A DNA stretch of 39,585 nt from NCBI GenBank assembly GCA_937873685.1, contig CALMYO010000293.1, forward strand, positions 1 to 39,585. Reading direction: 5' to 3'. Under the pieces are notes generated by a model that did no database searches, was not told the DNA's origin, and saw only the letters and a list, made by a program, of their open reading frames with translations. The translations under genes and the position numbers were made by a program. This document shows positions 19,501 through 28,942 of the stretch, one piece after another (positions within the stretch are counted from its first letter, which is position 1; each line of letters opens with the position of its first letter). The DNA is from an uncultured Rhodobacteraceae bacterium (GTDB lineage Bacteria > Pseudomonadota > Alphaproteobacteria > Rhizobiales > Rhizobiaceae).

Positions 19501-20118
19501 CCGATCAGCGCAGAACAGATCGCCGCCATTGCCGACAACCACGCCTTTGCCGGAAGTTTTCCGCTTGGGGCGGGCGAAGCGGCCTTCACCATCGCGGGCG
19601 GCGTTGCGCGCGCCGCCAACATCGCCGTCGAATCGGCCACGGCGCGGCTTTCGGGCGGCGTTGCTCTGGACCTTGGAAACCGGGGGATCGAAAGCGAAGC
19701 TCTGCTGGCGTGGGACGCCGATCAGGATGCGATCGCAGGCGCGACGCCTGAAATCCGTCTTGGCTTGAAGGGCGATTGGGACGCTCCGGTTCTCACGCCT
19801 GACTACGAACCGCTGACTGCTTTTCTGACCCATCGCGCGTTGAAGCGCGAGCAGGCGCGGGTTGAGGCGCTCCAGGCGCGTCTTCTCGAAAAGCAAAGGC
19901 TGCGCCGCGAAACACGGTTCTATCGGGCCCGCACGGAGGCGCGAACCGACTCAGAAGAAGACCGCAAGGCGCGCTATGCTGCACTACAGGCGGGCGAGGC
20001 TGAGAAAGCCGCGCTTGCGGAGGTCATTCGCCGTTCCATCGAGGCGGAAAAGGCCTTCGCCGAAGAGGAGCGCAGCCGCGTGCTCGAAGACCTGCCCCCG
20101 CTCCAACCGGTACAGTAG
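16537..20118 (+). CDS. AsmA-family outer-membrane biogenesis protein (large periplasmic beta-rich protein). Start uncertain because the N-terminal TM helix is partly encoded upstream of the first GTG.
   Basis: N-terminus ...LTAALVAPYFIDWTDYRARFEAEATRVIGQPVKV is the AsmA signature. 1193 aa, repetitive Gly/Asp/Ala-rich. Charged coiled C-terminus. Confidence 0.8.
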   Translation: MLALTAALVAPYFIDWTDYRARFEAEATRVIGQPVKVSGPASARLLPFPSVTFGDVRVGSDPADPLMTVDAFSMDAELAPLLRGEVLIFDMRLDNPSVVLRLDQTGALMWPDHADPRFDPAQVTLENISVTNGALTLIDNKAGRTRTVSAIDARFSARTLLGPWRGEGSFEFDGDKSDFSFSTNTASADGAFRLKTGLVPWNSALSVETEGDLSLQDGFPVYAGQFRLDNESEDAGGDSQQAAGAPDFTTFLATGDFSLTPGAFAVDEYRLAAGNPADPYVVTGKADFLFGAEPRFGFVANGAQIRLEQEATGKSAALALTDRLDSLQGFLDALPLPRVPGNVRIDLPAFVAGDTTIRDIFIDAETAGPQWRLRNLKAELPGRTALEASGLIGRGDGFGFDGDLVLASRQPSGLASWLTGSVDESIRRMSGAGLAAKATMTRRAQIFEGLEIVLGDARFAGRLERISAPGAKPTLTAEMSGGALDLQGLNALVALFVGDGGVNRFASHDVSLAVSAGPVVFGDWSAGVVDTAFRLADGGLEVRRLHVEDFDNADITATGRVTDLFGAPDGQFTVAVQSPDLSLLVGRMADRFPQSPVLAFLAERSVTAPDLFADAQLELAGNASLQDGEPKFTANLGGSSGGLALEGEGEVAPRGDGGTELDFGLSLTADGAASLLALAGIEAFDVPGEGNMTARIGANGLVGKPLAASLDITTPEMTAGWSGNLELAPEDFGANGEMKLEAKDFSSWLLALGYALPGVEAGVPISLSGSLSRENGVWKSPDLAGSLDGDAFTGALTLQDTASERELRGTLALGRLDLPWLASLASGRRADAGMDDPFGLPLLPGHRLEIDVKAQRGEAGWFGPATDLVARLSYAGDKLSLTGFSAATAKGKLSGSADFQNSAGAGLVSAQLRLEDASLAALSPVATSAPLQGAASVSASLSGTGETPQALASSLAGSGVVSWRDATFPGLNADAFASMQKDADAVGFPISAEQIAAIADNHAFAGSFPLGAGEAAFTIAGGVARAANIAVESATARLSGGVALDLGNRGIESEALLAWDADQDAIAGATPEIRLGLKGDWDAPVLTPDYEPLTAFLTHRALKREQARVEALQARLLEKQRLRRETRFYRARTEARTDSEEDRKARYAALQAGEAEKAALAEVIRRSIEAEKAFAEEERSRVLEDLPPLQPVQ

Positions 20119-20140
20119 GACGCTCAAGAGCGTTCTTCGA

Positions 20141-20395
20141 TCAGACCGCCGCGCTGTCCGCGGCTTTTGGATCCGGCCCAAGCCGACCCTCGCGCGCTGC
20201 GGCGAGAACATGCAGCCGTAACGCCGAGGACAGTCCGGTATCGGCATCTCGCCCCGCATCTACCAGACGCACCAGCGCCGAAAGCGGAACACCGTCTTGC
20301 GCCGCCAGCAGGCGCAGGCATTTGAAGAACTCATCTTCCAGCGAAAAACTTGTCGCATGACCGTCGATGACGGCGGAGCGTTTTCGCCCGTTCAC
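20141..20395 (-). CDS. Ribbon-helix-helix domain protein (RHH_4-like; often misannotated as aryl-sulfate sulfotransferase)
   Basis: HATSFSLEDEFFKCLRLLAAQDGVPLSALVRLVD....GLSSALRLHVL matches the RHH_4 family pattern. Its start overlaps the upstream gene's stop as ATGA. Confidence 0.7.
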   Translation of the reverse strand: MNGRKRSAVIDGHATSFSLEDEFFKCLRLLAAQDGVPLSALVRLVDAGRDADTGLSSALRLHVLAAAREGRLGPDPKAADSAAV

Positions 20396-20646
20396 GTCGG
20401 CCGGTCCGCCGGGTCGGTTTCATTCGACCGGCCCGCCGGATCGGCTTCTTTCGGTCGGTCCTTCGGCGCACCGTTGTCCAGTCGATGCAAGTCAAGACGC
20501 CGGTTGGCTGTGGCCTGTTGCGCTTCGGTTGCTTCGCGTTTGGCTTTCGTGCGGCCATGGCTGGCGCGGTTGGCTTGCGCCAACGCTTCGCGCTGTTGCC
20601 GCGCGACACGCTTGCGCGCCAGACGCAAGTTCACGACTTCACCCAC
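20392..20646 (-). CDS. DUF4169 family small basic protein
   Basis: MGEVVNLRLARKRVARQQREALAQANRASHGRTKAKRE is the characteristic DUF4169 N-terminus. 84 aa. Confidence 0.7.
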   Translation of the reverse strand: MGEVVNLRLARKRVARQQREALAQANRASHGRTKAKREATEAQQATANRRLDLHRLDNGAPKDRPKEADPAGRSNETDPADRPT

Positions 20647-20709
20647 CGCGCCGTCCCCGCGCGATGCGGCTGCGCGGAAACCGGGGGAAAACGTCTCCGC
20701 CTCCGCCGG

Positions 20710-21210
20710 TCATTTCTTCTTGCGGAACGAATCGAGCGAGACCACTGCAGCGCCGTTGGTGGTATCGCCATCCGCGGGTTGCTTCTGCTCCGGATCGGAC
20801 TTCTGAGGCGCGGGAAGTGCAGCCGTTTCTGCCGGTTCCTCTTCGAGCGCTGCGTCCTGCACGTCGAACTCCAGTTCGAAGTTCACCGACGGGTCGTAGA
20901 AGCCGCGAATCGCCGAATAGGGGATGTGCAGCCGTTCCGGTATGTCGGAAAAGGACAGGCCGACCTCGAAATGCGCGTCGGTCACCTCAAGGTCCCAGAA
21001 CTGGTGTTGCAGCACCACCGTCATCTGGTCCGGGTACTTCTCGCGAACACGGTTCGATACCCGCACCCCGGGCGCGCCGGTCACGAAAGTGATGAAAAAA
21101 TGGTGGTTGCCGGGCAGGCCGGTCTTGGCAACCTCGCCGAGCACCTTGCGAATGACCCCGCGAAGCGCATCCTGTGCGAGAATGTCATATCGGATCATGT
21201 CTTCCGTCAT
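20710..21210 (-). CDS. sspB: ClpXP adaptor SspB (stringent starvation protein B)
   Basis: MIRYDILAQDALRGVIRKVL...HHFFITFVTGAPGVRV...GFYDPSVNFELEFD, with an acidic tail that contains the ClpX-binding region. Confidence 0.85.
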   Translation of the reverse strand: MTEDMIRYDILAQDALRGVIRKVLGEVAKTGLPGNHHFFITFVTGAPGVRVSNRVREKYPDQMTVVLQHQFWDLEVTDAHFEVGLSFSDIPERLHIPYSAIRGFYDPSVNFELEFDVQDAALEEEPAETAALPAPQKSDPEQKQPADGDTTNGAAVVSLDSFRKKK

Positions 21211-21294
21211 AGGCCGTCGCGCACCCCGAATCCGTCATCTCTTTCAAACCGGCCAAATGCGCTGCGTCAAGTCCGCGTCAACCCCGTGAAACCC

Positions 21295-21690
21295 AAATGC
21301 GCAACAACTTGCCGGCAAACCGGAGATTTTGCCGTCGCCCGTAGCGAAATGGATCAAGCGCGGACCGAAGAAAGTGGAGGCTTCTGTTGCCAGGCGCCTC
21401 CGGGCCCCGCTTGCACCTGCGACGGCGCAAGACTTGATTTGGAGTTACGACCTCACCTTAAGCGGCAAGGGCGCGAGCTCCCGCATAGTTGTCGTTGGCA
21501 ACTATAAGTTTAGCCCGATAACGGCGGTACAATGCCGGGCAAAAGTACGATCTTTACACCCCCGTCGATCCTGTTTCGCCCCCATCATCAACACGCGAAC
21601 CGGAAGCCTGCGTGTTGATGGTGGAGGCGCCGGGTACCGCCCCCGGGTCCGAGTGGCTTATTCCATCGCCCGTTTATTGCCATAGCCGGC
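21295..21690 (-). ncRNA. ssrA: Two-piece, circularly permuted tmRNA (ssrA). Acceptor piece about 21690-21609 ends in CCA. Excised hairpin 21608-21574. Coding piece starts at 21573 (GGGGGCGAAACAGGAUCGACGGGGG). Tag ORF 21489-21448 encodes ANDNYAGARALAA*.
   Basis: On the minus strand the resume region reads AAACUUAUAGUU GCC AAC GAC AAC UAU GCG GGA GCU CGC GCC CUU GCC GCU UAA. The 5' GGGGGCG pairs with 3' CGCCUCC-A-CCA, giving a G3-U70 wobble. T-arm-like GGGGGCGGUACCCGG. This is the permuted order typical of alphaproteobacteria. Confidence 0.75.
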
Positions 21691-21694
21691 GAAC

Positions 21695-21722
21695 CGGCAC
21701 AGCGAATATAGGGGGAAATGCA
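21695..21722 (-). promoter_or_regulatory. Sigma70-like promoter for ssrA: -35 TTGATT, 16-nt spacer, -10 TATATT
   Basis: The minus strand reads cccTTTGATTcgtttgcatttcccccTATATTcgctgtg immediately upstream of the predicted acceptor-piece 5' end. Confidence 0.4.
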
Positions 21723-21849
21723 AACGAATCAAAGGGTGGAGTTGACTTTGCCGGCTATGGTGCGAAAAATCACGCTCCGTTGACGAACAGGCGAAGCCCC
21801 GGAGCGCCTGACGTCCGGATTGTGGCTCTGAACCAGTGGGGAAGAAAAC

Positions 21850-22161
21850 ATGAGCGACTACCTGGCCGACGTGAAGAAATATGACGCCGGCGCTGACGCG
21901 GACATTGTCGGCAAGATCGTCAAGCATCTTGGCATTGCGCTGCGCAGCCGTGATTCCTCGCTGGTTTCCTGTACCGATCCGAAAGAACTCGACCGGGTGC
22001 GCGAGAAATGGTGCGAAAAGAAACTGGGCGCCACTGACGCCGCCGCCAGCGATGCGGTCATCGCCAAGGTGTGTGAGACGATGAAGGACGACCGCTCCAA
22101 GAGCCGGGTCACCTTCTACTATCTGGTCGCCAAGCACATGGGCAAGCTCGGCGCGCTCTGA
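21850..22161 (+). CDS. DUF2853 family protein
   Basis: MSDYLADVKKYDAGADADIVGKIVKHLGIALRSRDSSLVSCTDPKELDRVREKWCEKKLG matches the conserved DUF2853 pattern. 103 aa. AG-rich SD region upstream. Confidence 0.75.
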   Translation: MSDYLADVKKYDAGADADIVGKIVKHLGIALRSRDSSLVSCTDPKELDRVREKWCEKKLGATDAAASDAVIAKVCETMKDDRSKSRVTFYYLVAKHMGKLGAL

Positions 22162-22236
22162 CCCGATACATCGGTAATCCTTTTCCGCCCGCCGAGCTGA
22201 CAGCGCGGCGGGTCAAAGGCGTTTCATGGGTGCGAG

Positions 22237-22707
22237 CTACTTGTACTTCGCCGCAGTGATGAACTCGCCAAATGTTTCGCACCACACGAGAACGGTGGTG
22301 TACTCCTCGATGTCGACACCGGCGGGGATGTCGAGCAGGAAGCCCTTGAATGTTTTGACGTCGCCAACCAGGGCGGAAGTCGATTTGAGCGGCAGGAACT
22401 CGTCCTCGTTTTCGACAAACTGCTTGACGAGATAGAGCTTGTAATCCGGTCCAGGCGCGAGACTGCCCTCATGGGCAATGGCGCCTGATGTCAGGCTCAC
22501 CTTGCCTTCGCCCCAGTGCAGGAAATCGCTGCCCTTAAGTTCTCGGACAAACTCGCCGGAGTATCGCGCACCCTGCGCCTGGCTCTGCAGCATGGCAGCA
22601 TCGGGCGCATCCGGGGCGATCAGGATCGGCAACAGGTAGATGCCGAGCGCAAAACCGACCGCAAGCGCTGCGCCATGCGAAAACAGCAGGACAACAAGGC
22701 GAAACAT
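22237..22707 (-). CDS. DM13 domain-containing secreted protein. Start trimmed to MFRLVVLLF at 22707, with AGGAGG SD.
   Basis: Signal-peptide-like N-terminus followed by a DM13-like beta-rich domain ([22 protein letters not shown]...YKLYLVKQF...[10 protein letters not shown]). AGGAGG lies 7 nt upstream of the chosen ATG. Confidence 0.7.
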   Translation of the reverse strand: MFRLVVLLFSHGAALAVGFALGIYLLPILIAPDAPDAAMLQSQAQGARYSGEFVRELKGSDFLHWGEGKVSLTSGAIAHEGSLAPGPDYKLYLVKQFVENEDEFLPLKSTSALVGDVKTFKGFLLDIPAGVDIEEYTTVLVWCETFGEFITAAKYK

Positions 22708-22859
22708 GGCTGGCACCCTCCTGCTCGGTTGACTTGAGCTCATGTGGAGTATCCAGACGCGGGCAGGAGAGTCAAACTCGAGATTTTTGTCGGCGCGTGA
22801 TTTCCGAACGCATCGAAGCGCTGTTGGACTCGTCAAACAGAATCAGGCACCACCCGGCC

Positions 22860-23654
22860 ATGCGCCAGTATCTTGACCTTCTCGACCATGTTCTGAACCA
22901 CGGCGTCGATCGTGGCGACCGCACCGGCACCGGCACGCGCTCGGTCTTCGGCTGGCAGTCGCGCTACGATCTTGCGGCCGGTTTCCCGCTGCTGACGACG
23001 AAGAAGCTGCATATCCGCTCGATCGTGCATGAACTGCTGTGGTTCCTGAAGGGCGAAACCAACATCGCCTATCTCAAGGAGAACGGCGTAAGCATCTGGG
23101 ATGAGTGGGCAGACGAGAACGGTGATCTTGGCCCGGTCTACGGCTCGCAGTGGCGTTCATGGCCCGATGGCAAGGGCGGCTCGATCGACCAGATCGCCCA
23201 TGTTCTGCACCAGATCCGCACCAACCCGAATTCTCGGCGGCTGACCGTTTCGGCCTGGAACCCGGCCGAAGTGGACGCCATGGCGTTGCCGCCCTGCCAT
23301 TGCCTGTTCCAGTTCAATGTCGCCAATGGCCGGCTGTCGTGCCAGCTCTACCAGCGCTCGGCCGACATCTTTCTCGGCGTGCCGTTCAACATCGCGTCCT
23401 ATGCATTGCTGACACATATGGTCGCGCAGGTGACCGGGCTTGAACCGGGCGAATTCGTGCACACGCTGGGCGACGCGCATCTCTACCACAACCATTTCGA
23501 CCAGGCGCGATTGCAGCTGAAGCGCACGCCGGGGCCGCTGCCGAAGCTCTGGCTCAATCCGGAGGTGACGGATATCTTTACATTCCGCTATGAGGATATC
23601 CGCATCGAGGGCTATGAAGCGGCGCCGTCGATAGCGGCACCGATTGCGGTGTGA
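22860..23654 (+). CDS. thyA: Thymidylate synthase (start at MRQYLDLL)
   Basis: [31 protein letters not shown]...[10 protein letters not shown]...DAHLYHNH. 264 aa, the same length as E. coli ThyA. Confidence 0.95.
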   Translation: MRQYLDLLDHVLNHGVDRGDRTGTGTRSVFGWQSRYDLAAGFPLLTTKKLHIRSIVHELLWFLKGETNIAYLKENGVSIWDEWADENGDLGPVYGSQWRSWPDGKGGSIDQIAHVLHQIRTNPNSRRLTVSAWNPAEVDAMALPPCHCLFQFNVANGRLSCQLYQRSADIFLGVPFNIASYALLTHMVAQVTGLEPGEFVHTLGDAHLYHNHFDQARLQLKRTPGPLPKLWLNPEVTDIFTFRYEDIRIEGYEAAPSIAAPIAV

Positions 23655-23698
23655 GACGGTCGATCTCCGTCAGGCAGATTAGCGAGCATCCTGACCTC

Positions 23699-24235
23699 AT
23701 GCATGCAAGTATTACCGTTTCGCTTGTCGTCGCCGTGGCCGAGAACGGCGTGATCGGCAATGAAGGCGGCCTGCCTTGGCGGCTGTCGACCGACCTGAAG
23801 CGGTTCAAGGCGCTGACGATCGGCAAGCCGGTCATCATGGGGCGCAAGACATTCGAATCGATTGGCAAGCCGCTGCCCGGCCGGCCGAACATCGTGGTGA
23901 CCCGCGATACCCGGTTTGCGGCTCAAGGCGTGATCGCGGTCGGCAGCATCGATCACGCGCTCGCCCGTGCGGCGGAACTGTCGCGGGAGGCAAACGTTGG
24001 CGAAATCTGCGTCATCGGCGGCGGCGAGATATACCGGCAAGCGCTCGACAAGGCCGATATCCTGCACATCACACATGTGCTGGCAAGAGTTGACGGAGAC
24101 ACGCGCTTTCCGCCGATTGATCCCGCACGATGGGGCATTGTCGCACAGGAGGACATCCCGTCCGGCCCGCGCGACAATTTTCCCACGCGGTTTGTCACCT
24201 ATGCGCGTCGGCACGCCGCGGCAAACCGGCGCTAA
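23699..24235 (+). CDS. folA: Dihydrofolate reductase
   Basis: ITVSLVVAVAENGVIGNEGGLPWRLSTDLKRFKALTIGKPVIMGRKTFESIG is the DHFR signature. Immediately downstream of thyA. Confidence 0.9.
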   Translation: MHASITVSLVVAVAENGVIGNEGGLPWRLSTDLKRFKALTIGKPVIMGRKTFESIGKPLPGRPNIVVTRDTRFAAQGVIAVGSIDHALARAAELSREANVGEICVIGGGEIYRQALDKADILHITHVLARVDGDTRFPPIDPARWGIVAQEDIPSGPRDNFPTRFVTYARRHAAANRR

Positions 24236-24358
24236 ATCGCGACAATTCGGCTGCGGTCGCGTTGAAAGCGCCGTCGCCGATGCCTATAACACGGTCAAGA
24301 ACTTCATCCTGGCGGGGAGCAAAAGGCTCGCCGCCTCTCTTTTTAACTGAGGGAAGGC

Positions 24359-25522
24359 ATGCCCTGGAGCAGTCAGAACGGCGGAGGAGGCAGCGGCGGC
24401 CCATGGGGCGGCGGCGGTAGCGGGGGTGGCAACGGCGGTGGCGGCGGCCCGTGGGGCGGCGGTGGCAACAATGGCGGCGGCGGCCCCTGGGGGCAAGGTC
24501 CGCGCGGCCCGCAAGGACGCGGCCCGACGCCGCCCGACCTTGAGGACATCATCCGCCGCGGCCAGGACAGGCTGAAGAATGCGCTACCTGGCGGCGGCGG
24601 TTCCAACCGCCTGATGCTGGGCATAGTCGCCGCCGGTCTCATCGGGCTTTGGGTGCTGCAATCTGTTTACACCGTCCAGCCGAACGAACTCGGTGTCGAA
24701 CTGGTCTTCGGCAAGCCGAAGCAGGAGGTTTCAGGCCCGGGCCTGCATCTGGCCTACTGGCCGATCGAGACCGTCGAGATCACCACCATCGCCGAACGTC
24801 TGGTCAACATTCCTGACGGCGGACGCACCTCCAAGGAAGGGCTGATGCTTTCCGGCGACCAGAACATCGTCGATGTGCGTTTCTCGGTCGCCTACCAGAT
24901 CGCACAACCCGGCCAGTATCTGTTCGAGGTCAAGGAGCCCGATTCGATGGTGCGTCAGGTCGCCGAGAGCGCCATGCGCGAAATCGTCGGAAGGCGCCCC
25001 GCGCAGGACATCTTCCGCGACGACCGGCAGGGAATCGCTGAAAACGTGCGGCAGGTCATCCAGACATCCCTTGACGAGTATGGATCGGGCATAGCCATCA
25101 ATGCCGTGTCGATCGAGGACGCGGCGCCGCCGGCCGAGGTTGCCGACGCCTTCGACGAGGTTCAGCGCGCCGAGCAGGACGAGGACCGGTTCCGCGACGA
25201 GGCCAACCAGTATTCCAACCAGAAACTCGGCGCGGCGCGCGGCGAGGCGGCGCAGGTGCGTGAAGACGCGGCCGCGTACAAGAACCGCGTCGTGCAGGAA
25301 GCCCAAGGTGAGGCGGCACGCTTCCTGTCGGTTTACGGCGCCTACAAGGTCGCCCCGGAAGTGACACGCAAACGCATCTTCCTTGAAACCATGGAAGGCG
25401 TACTGCGCCAGTCCGACAAGATCATTCTCGATGAGCAGGGTTCCGGACAGGGCGTCGTGCCCTATCTGCCGCTGCCCGAAATTCAGAAGCGCGCCGGGCA
25501 GGCCGCTTCGGGAGGCCAGTGA
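24359..25522 (+). CDS. hflK: FtsH protease modulator HflK (SPFH) with Gly-rich low-complexity N-terminus
   Basis: N-terminal GGGGSGGPWGGGG repeats, one TM helix, a band-7 domain, and a C-terminus like HflK. The stop overlaps the hflC start (ATGA). Confidence 0.9.
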   Translation: MPWSSQNGGGGSGGPWGGGGSGGGNGGGGGPWGGGGNNGGGGPWGQGPRGPQGRGPTPPDLEDIIRRGQDRLKNALPGGGGSNRLMLGIVAAGLIGLWVLQSVYTVQPNELGVELVFGKPKQEVSGPGLHLAYWPIETVEITTIAERLVNIPDGGRTSKEGLMLSGDQNIVDVRFSVAYQIAQPGQYLFEVKEPDSMVRQVAESAMREIVGRRPAQDIFRDDRQGIAENVRQVIQTSLDEYGSGIAINAVSIEDAAPPAEVADAFDEVQRAEQDEDRFRDEANQYSNQKLGAARGEAAQVREDAAAYKNRVVQEAQGEAARFLSVYGAYKVAPEVTRKRIFLETMEGVLRQSDKIILDEQGSGQGVVPYLPLPEIQKRAGQAASGGQ

Positions 25523-26526
25523 TGCCCGCCAACCGTTTCACTTTGATCGGCGTTCTGGCCATCATCCTGGTCGTTGTGCTGTGGAACTCGATTTATGTCG
25601 TGAACGCGCGTCAGCAGGCGATCGTTCTGCGTTTCGGCGAAATCGTGTCCGTGAAGTCCGACCCGGGCCTGTACTTCAAGATGCCGCTTGGCATGTTCGG
25701 CGCCGATTCCGTGCAGTTCGTCGAAAAGCGCATCTTGCGTTCCGATCTCGACAACATCCGTGTCCAGGTTTCCGGCGGCAAGTTCTACGAGGTTGACGCC
25801 TTCATCGCCTACTCCATCACCGATGCTGCGCGGTTCCGCCTTGCCGCGTCCGGCAGCGAGGATCTGGCGGCGCGCCTGCTGCGCACCCGTCTCGACGCCG
25901 CGTTGCGCCGGGCTTACGGTGTTCGCGGCTTCGAAGCTGCACTCTCCGAGGAGCGCGCCGACATGATGCGCGAAGTGCGCGACCAGTTGCGTCCCGATGC
26001 ATCATCTCTCGGCATCACCGTGGAGGATGTACGCATCCTTAGAACGGATTTGACACAGGAAGTCTCTCAGCAGACCTTCGACCGCATGAAGGCTGAGCGC
26101 CTTGCCGAAGCAGAGCGCCTGCGCGCCCGCGGTCGCGAGGCCGCGCAGCGCATCCGCGCAGTCGCCGATCGTCAGGTGGTGGAAATCCTCGCTGAGGCCA
26201 ACAAGGAGTCGGAAATCCTTCGCGGCGAGGGCGAGGGCGAGCGCAACCGCATCTTTGCCGACGCATTTAATCAAGATCCGGAATTCTTCGATTTCTACCG
26301 CTCGATGGAAGCCTACCGGCAGGGCCTGCAACAGTCCGGTTCGACCATGGTGCTCTCGCCCAACTCGGAGTTCTTCCGTTACTTCAAGAGCGCCGACGGA
26401 CCCACCGGAGCAGCGGCGCCGGTCGCCCCATCCGGCGGCGCTGCGCCGCAAAGCAGCAGCGCTGCGCCTGTCGCGCCGGCAACGGCCGTGGCGCCGGTGG
26501 TCCAGCCTGCAGCTTCGGGCCAGTAA
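25519..26526 (+). CDS. hflC: FtsH protease modulator HflC (SPFH)
   Basis: N-terminal TM helix, band-7 domain (VVNARQQAIVLRFGEIV...) and an Ala/Pro-rich C-terminal tail. Confidence 0.9.
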   Translation: MMPANRFTLIGVLAIILVVVLWNSIYVVNARQQAIVLRFGEIVSVKSDPGLYFKMPLGMFGADSVQFVEKRILRSDLDNIRVQVSGGKFYEVDAFIAYSITDAARFRLAASGSEDLAARLLRTRLDAALRRAYGVRGFEAALSEERADMMREVRDQLRPDASSLGITVEDVRILRTDLTQEVSQQTFDRMKAERLAEAERLRARGREAAQRIRAVADRQVVEILAEANKESEILRGEGEGERNRIFADAFNQDPEFFDFYRSMEAYRQGLQQSGSTMVLSPNSEFFRYFKSADGPTGAAAPVAPSGGAAPQSSSAAPVAPATAVAPVVQPAASGQ

Positions 26527-26532
26527 CCATTC

Positions 26533-26739
26533 GTGCCCGGCGCGCATGATTTCTGGACCGCCTTCGGACTGGTTCTGGTGTTCGAGGGGCTGATCTACGG
26601 CGGGTTTCCGGCGCTTGCCAGACGCGTCGCCATGGACGTGCTGCGCCTGCCGGAGCACGTGTTGCGGTTCGTCGGTACGGGCGCAATCGCGCTCGGGGTT
26701 CTCATCGTGTGGCTTGCGCGCTCAGCGCTTGCCGGCTGA
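26533..26739 (+). CDS. DUF2065 small membrane protein (conserved partner downstream of hflKC)
   Basis: 68 aa with two hydrophobic helices, FGLVLVFEGLIYGGFPA. The position after hflC is conserved. Confidence 0.7.
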   Translation: MPGAHDFWTAFGLVLVFEGLIYGGFPALARRVAMDVLRLPEHVLRFVGTGAIALGVLIVWLARSALAG

Positions 26740-26849
26740 TAGATCACGAATGTGGGAGCAGCCGATTCGGCCGGAATCGCGCCCCAATTGACTGGCAGTG
26801 ACCTGATCGTCCGGCGACAAGCCGGGCCGGCGGTATGCGGGAGTGAGGC

Positions 26850-28340
<1,491 letters not shown>

Positions 28341-28369
28341 CCGGAACCGGCCCCGGCGGCGAAGGTTTA

Positions 28370-28942
28370 TCAGGCGGTCCGTTTCGCAAGCCAGCCTTGC
28401 CGTGAAATCCGGTAGCAGACATGTCGCAAGAGGTGCGGATGGGTATCGGGCACGCGGGGATGATCGAAGGCAGACCTGACGTCGTCCTCCATGCCTAGGC
28501 GCCTCATCACCGCGATCGACGCCGCGTTGCCTTCAACGGCAAAGGCGACAATCTCGTCCAACCCGAAATCGACGAAGCCGTGATCGACAATCGCCTGCGC
28601 TGCCTCCGTCGCGAGGCCCTTGCCCCAGGACTCCGGCACGAAGCGCCAGCCGGTCTCTACGCCCGGCGGCAAGCCGTCACCGGGCGCGACCCGCGACAAA
28701 CCTACAATGCCGATCACCGCGCCTGTTGCCTTGTCCTCCGCCGCCGCCCAGCCGAATCCGTCGCGGCGCGATCGCCGGTTCATGTCGCGCATCACGGCCA
28801 GCGATTCCTCGCGGTCGCGCCGGTACGGAAAGAACTCCATGACCTGTTCGTCGCTGTTGAGGCGATGGAACGCCTCAAGGTCGTTTTCGCGCCATGGCCG
28901 GACCAAAATGCGCGGGGTTTCCAAGCGCGCGCCGTGCCTCAT
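28370..28942 (-). CDS. GNAT family N-acetyltransferase (RimJ/RimL-like). Start trimmed to MRHGARLETP, with GAGGAG SD.
   Basis: ILVRPWRENDLEAFHRLNSDEQVMEFF...GIVGL...ETGWRFVPESWGKGLATEAAQAIVDHGF are GNAT motifs. Its ATG overlaps the serB stop (ATGA). Confidence 0.75.
   Translation of the reverse strand: MRHGARLETPRILVRPWRENDLEAFHRLNSDEQVMEFFPYRRDREESLAVMRDMNRRSRRDGFGWAAAEDKATGAVIGIVGLSRVAPGDGLPPGVETGWRFVPESWGKGLATEAAQAIVDHGFVDFGLDEIVAFAVEGNAASIAVMRRLGMEDDVRSAFDHPRVPDTHPHLLRHVCYRISRQGWLAKRTA

Noticed and set aside
21329-21685. 118-aa plus-strand ORF
   Set aside because: Lies across the tmRNA gene on the opposite strand; no RBS. The RNA gene explains the region.
22162-22236. GC hairpin CCCGCCG...CGGCGGG between convergent DUF2853 and DM13 genes
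   Set aside because: No U-tract on the appropriate side for either strand, so it cannot be called a terminator with confidence.
24373-24642. 89-aa Pro-rich minus-strand ORF
   Set aside because: Antisense translation of the Gly-rich hflK repeat (GGC repeats read as CCG giving poly-Pro).
26740-26849. Possible ECF or sigma-E-type promoter (GGAATC...) ahead of degP
   Set aside because: The match to a GGAAC-N16-CGTT type consensus is too weak to call from sequence alone.
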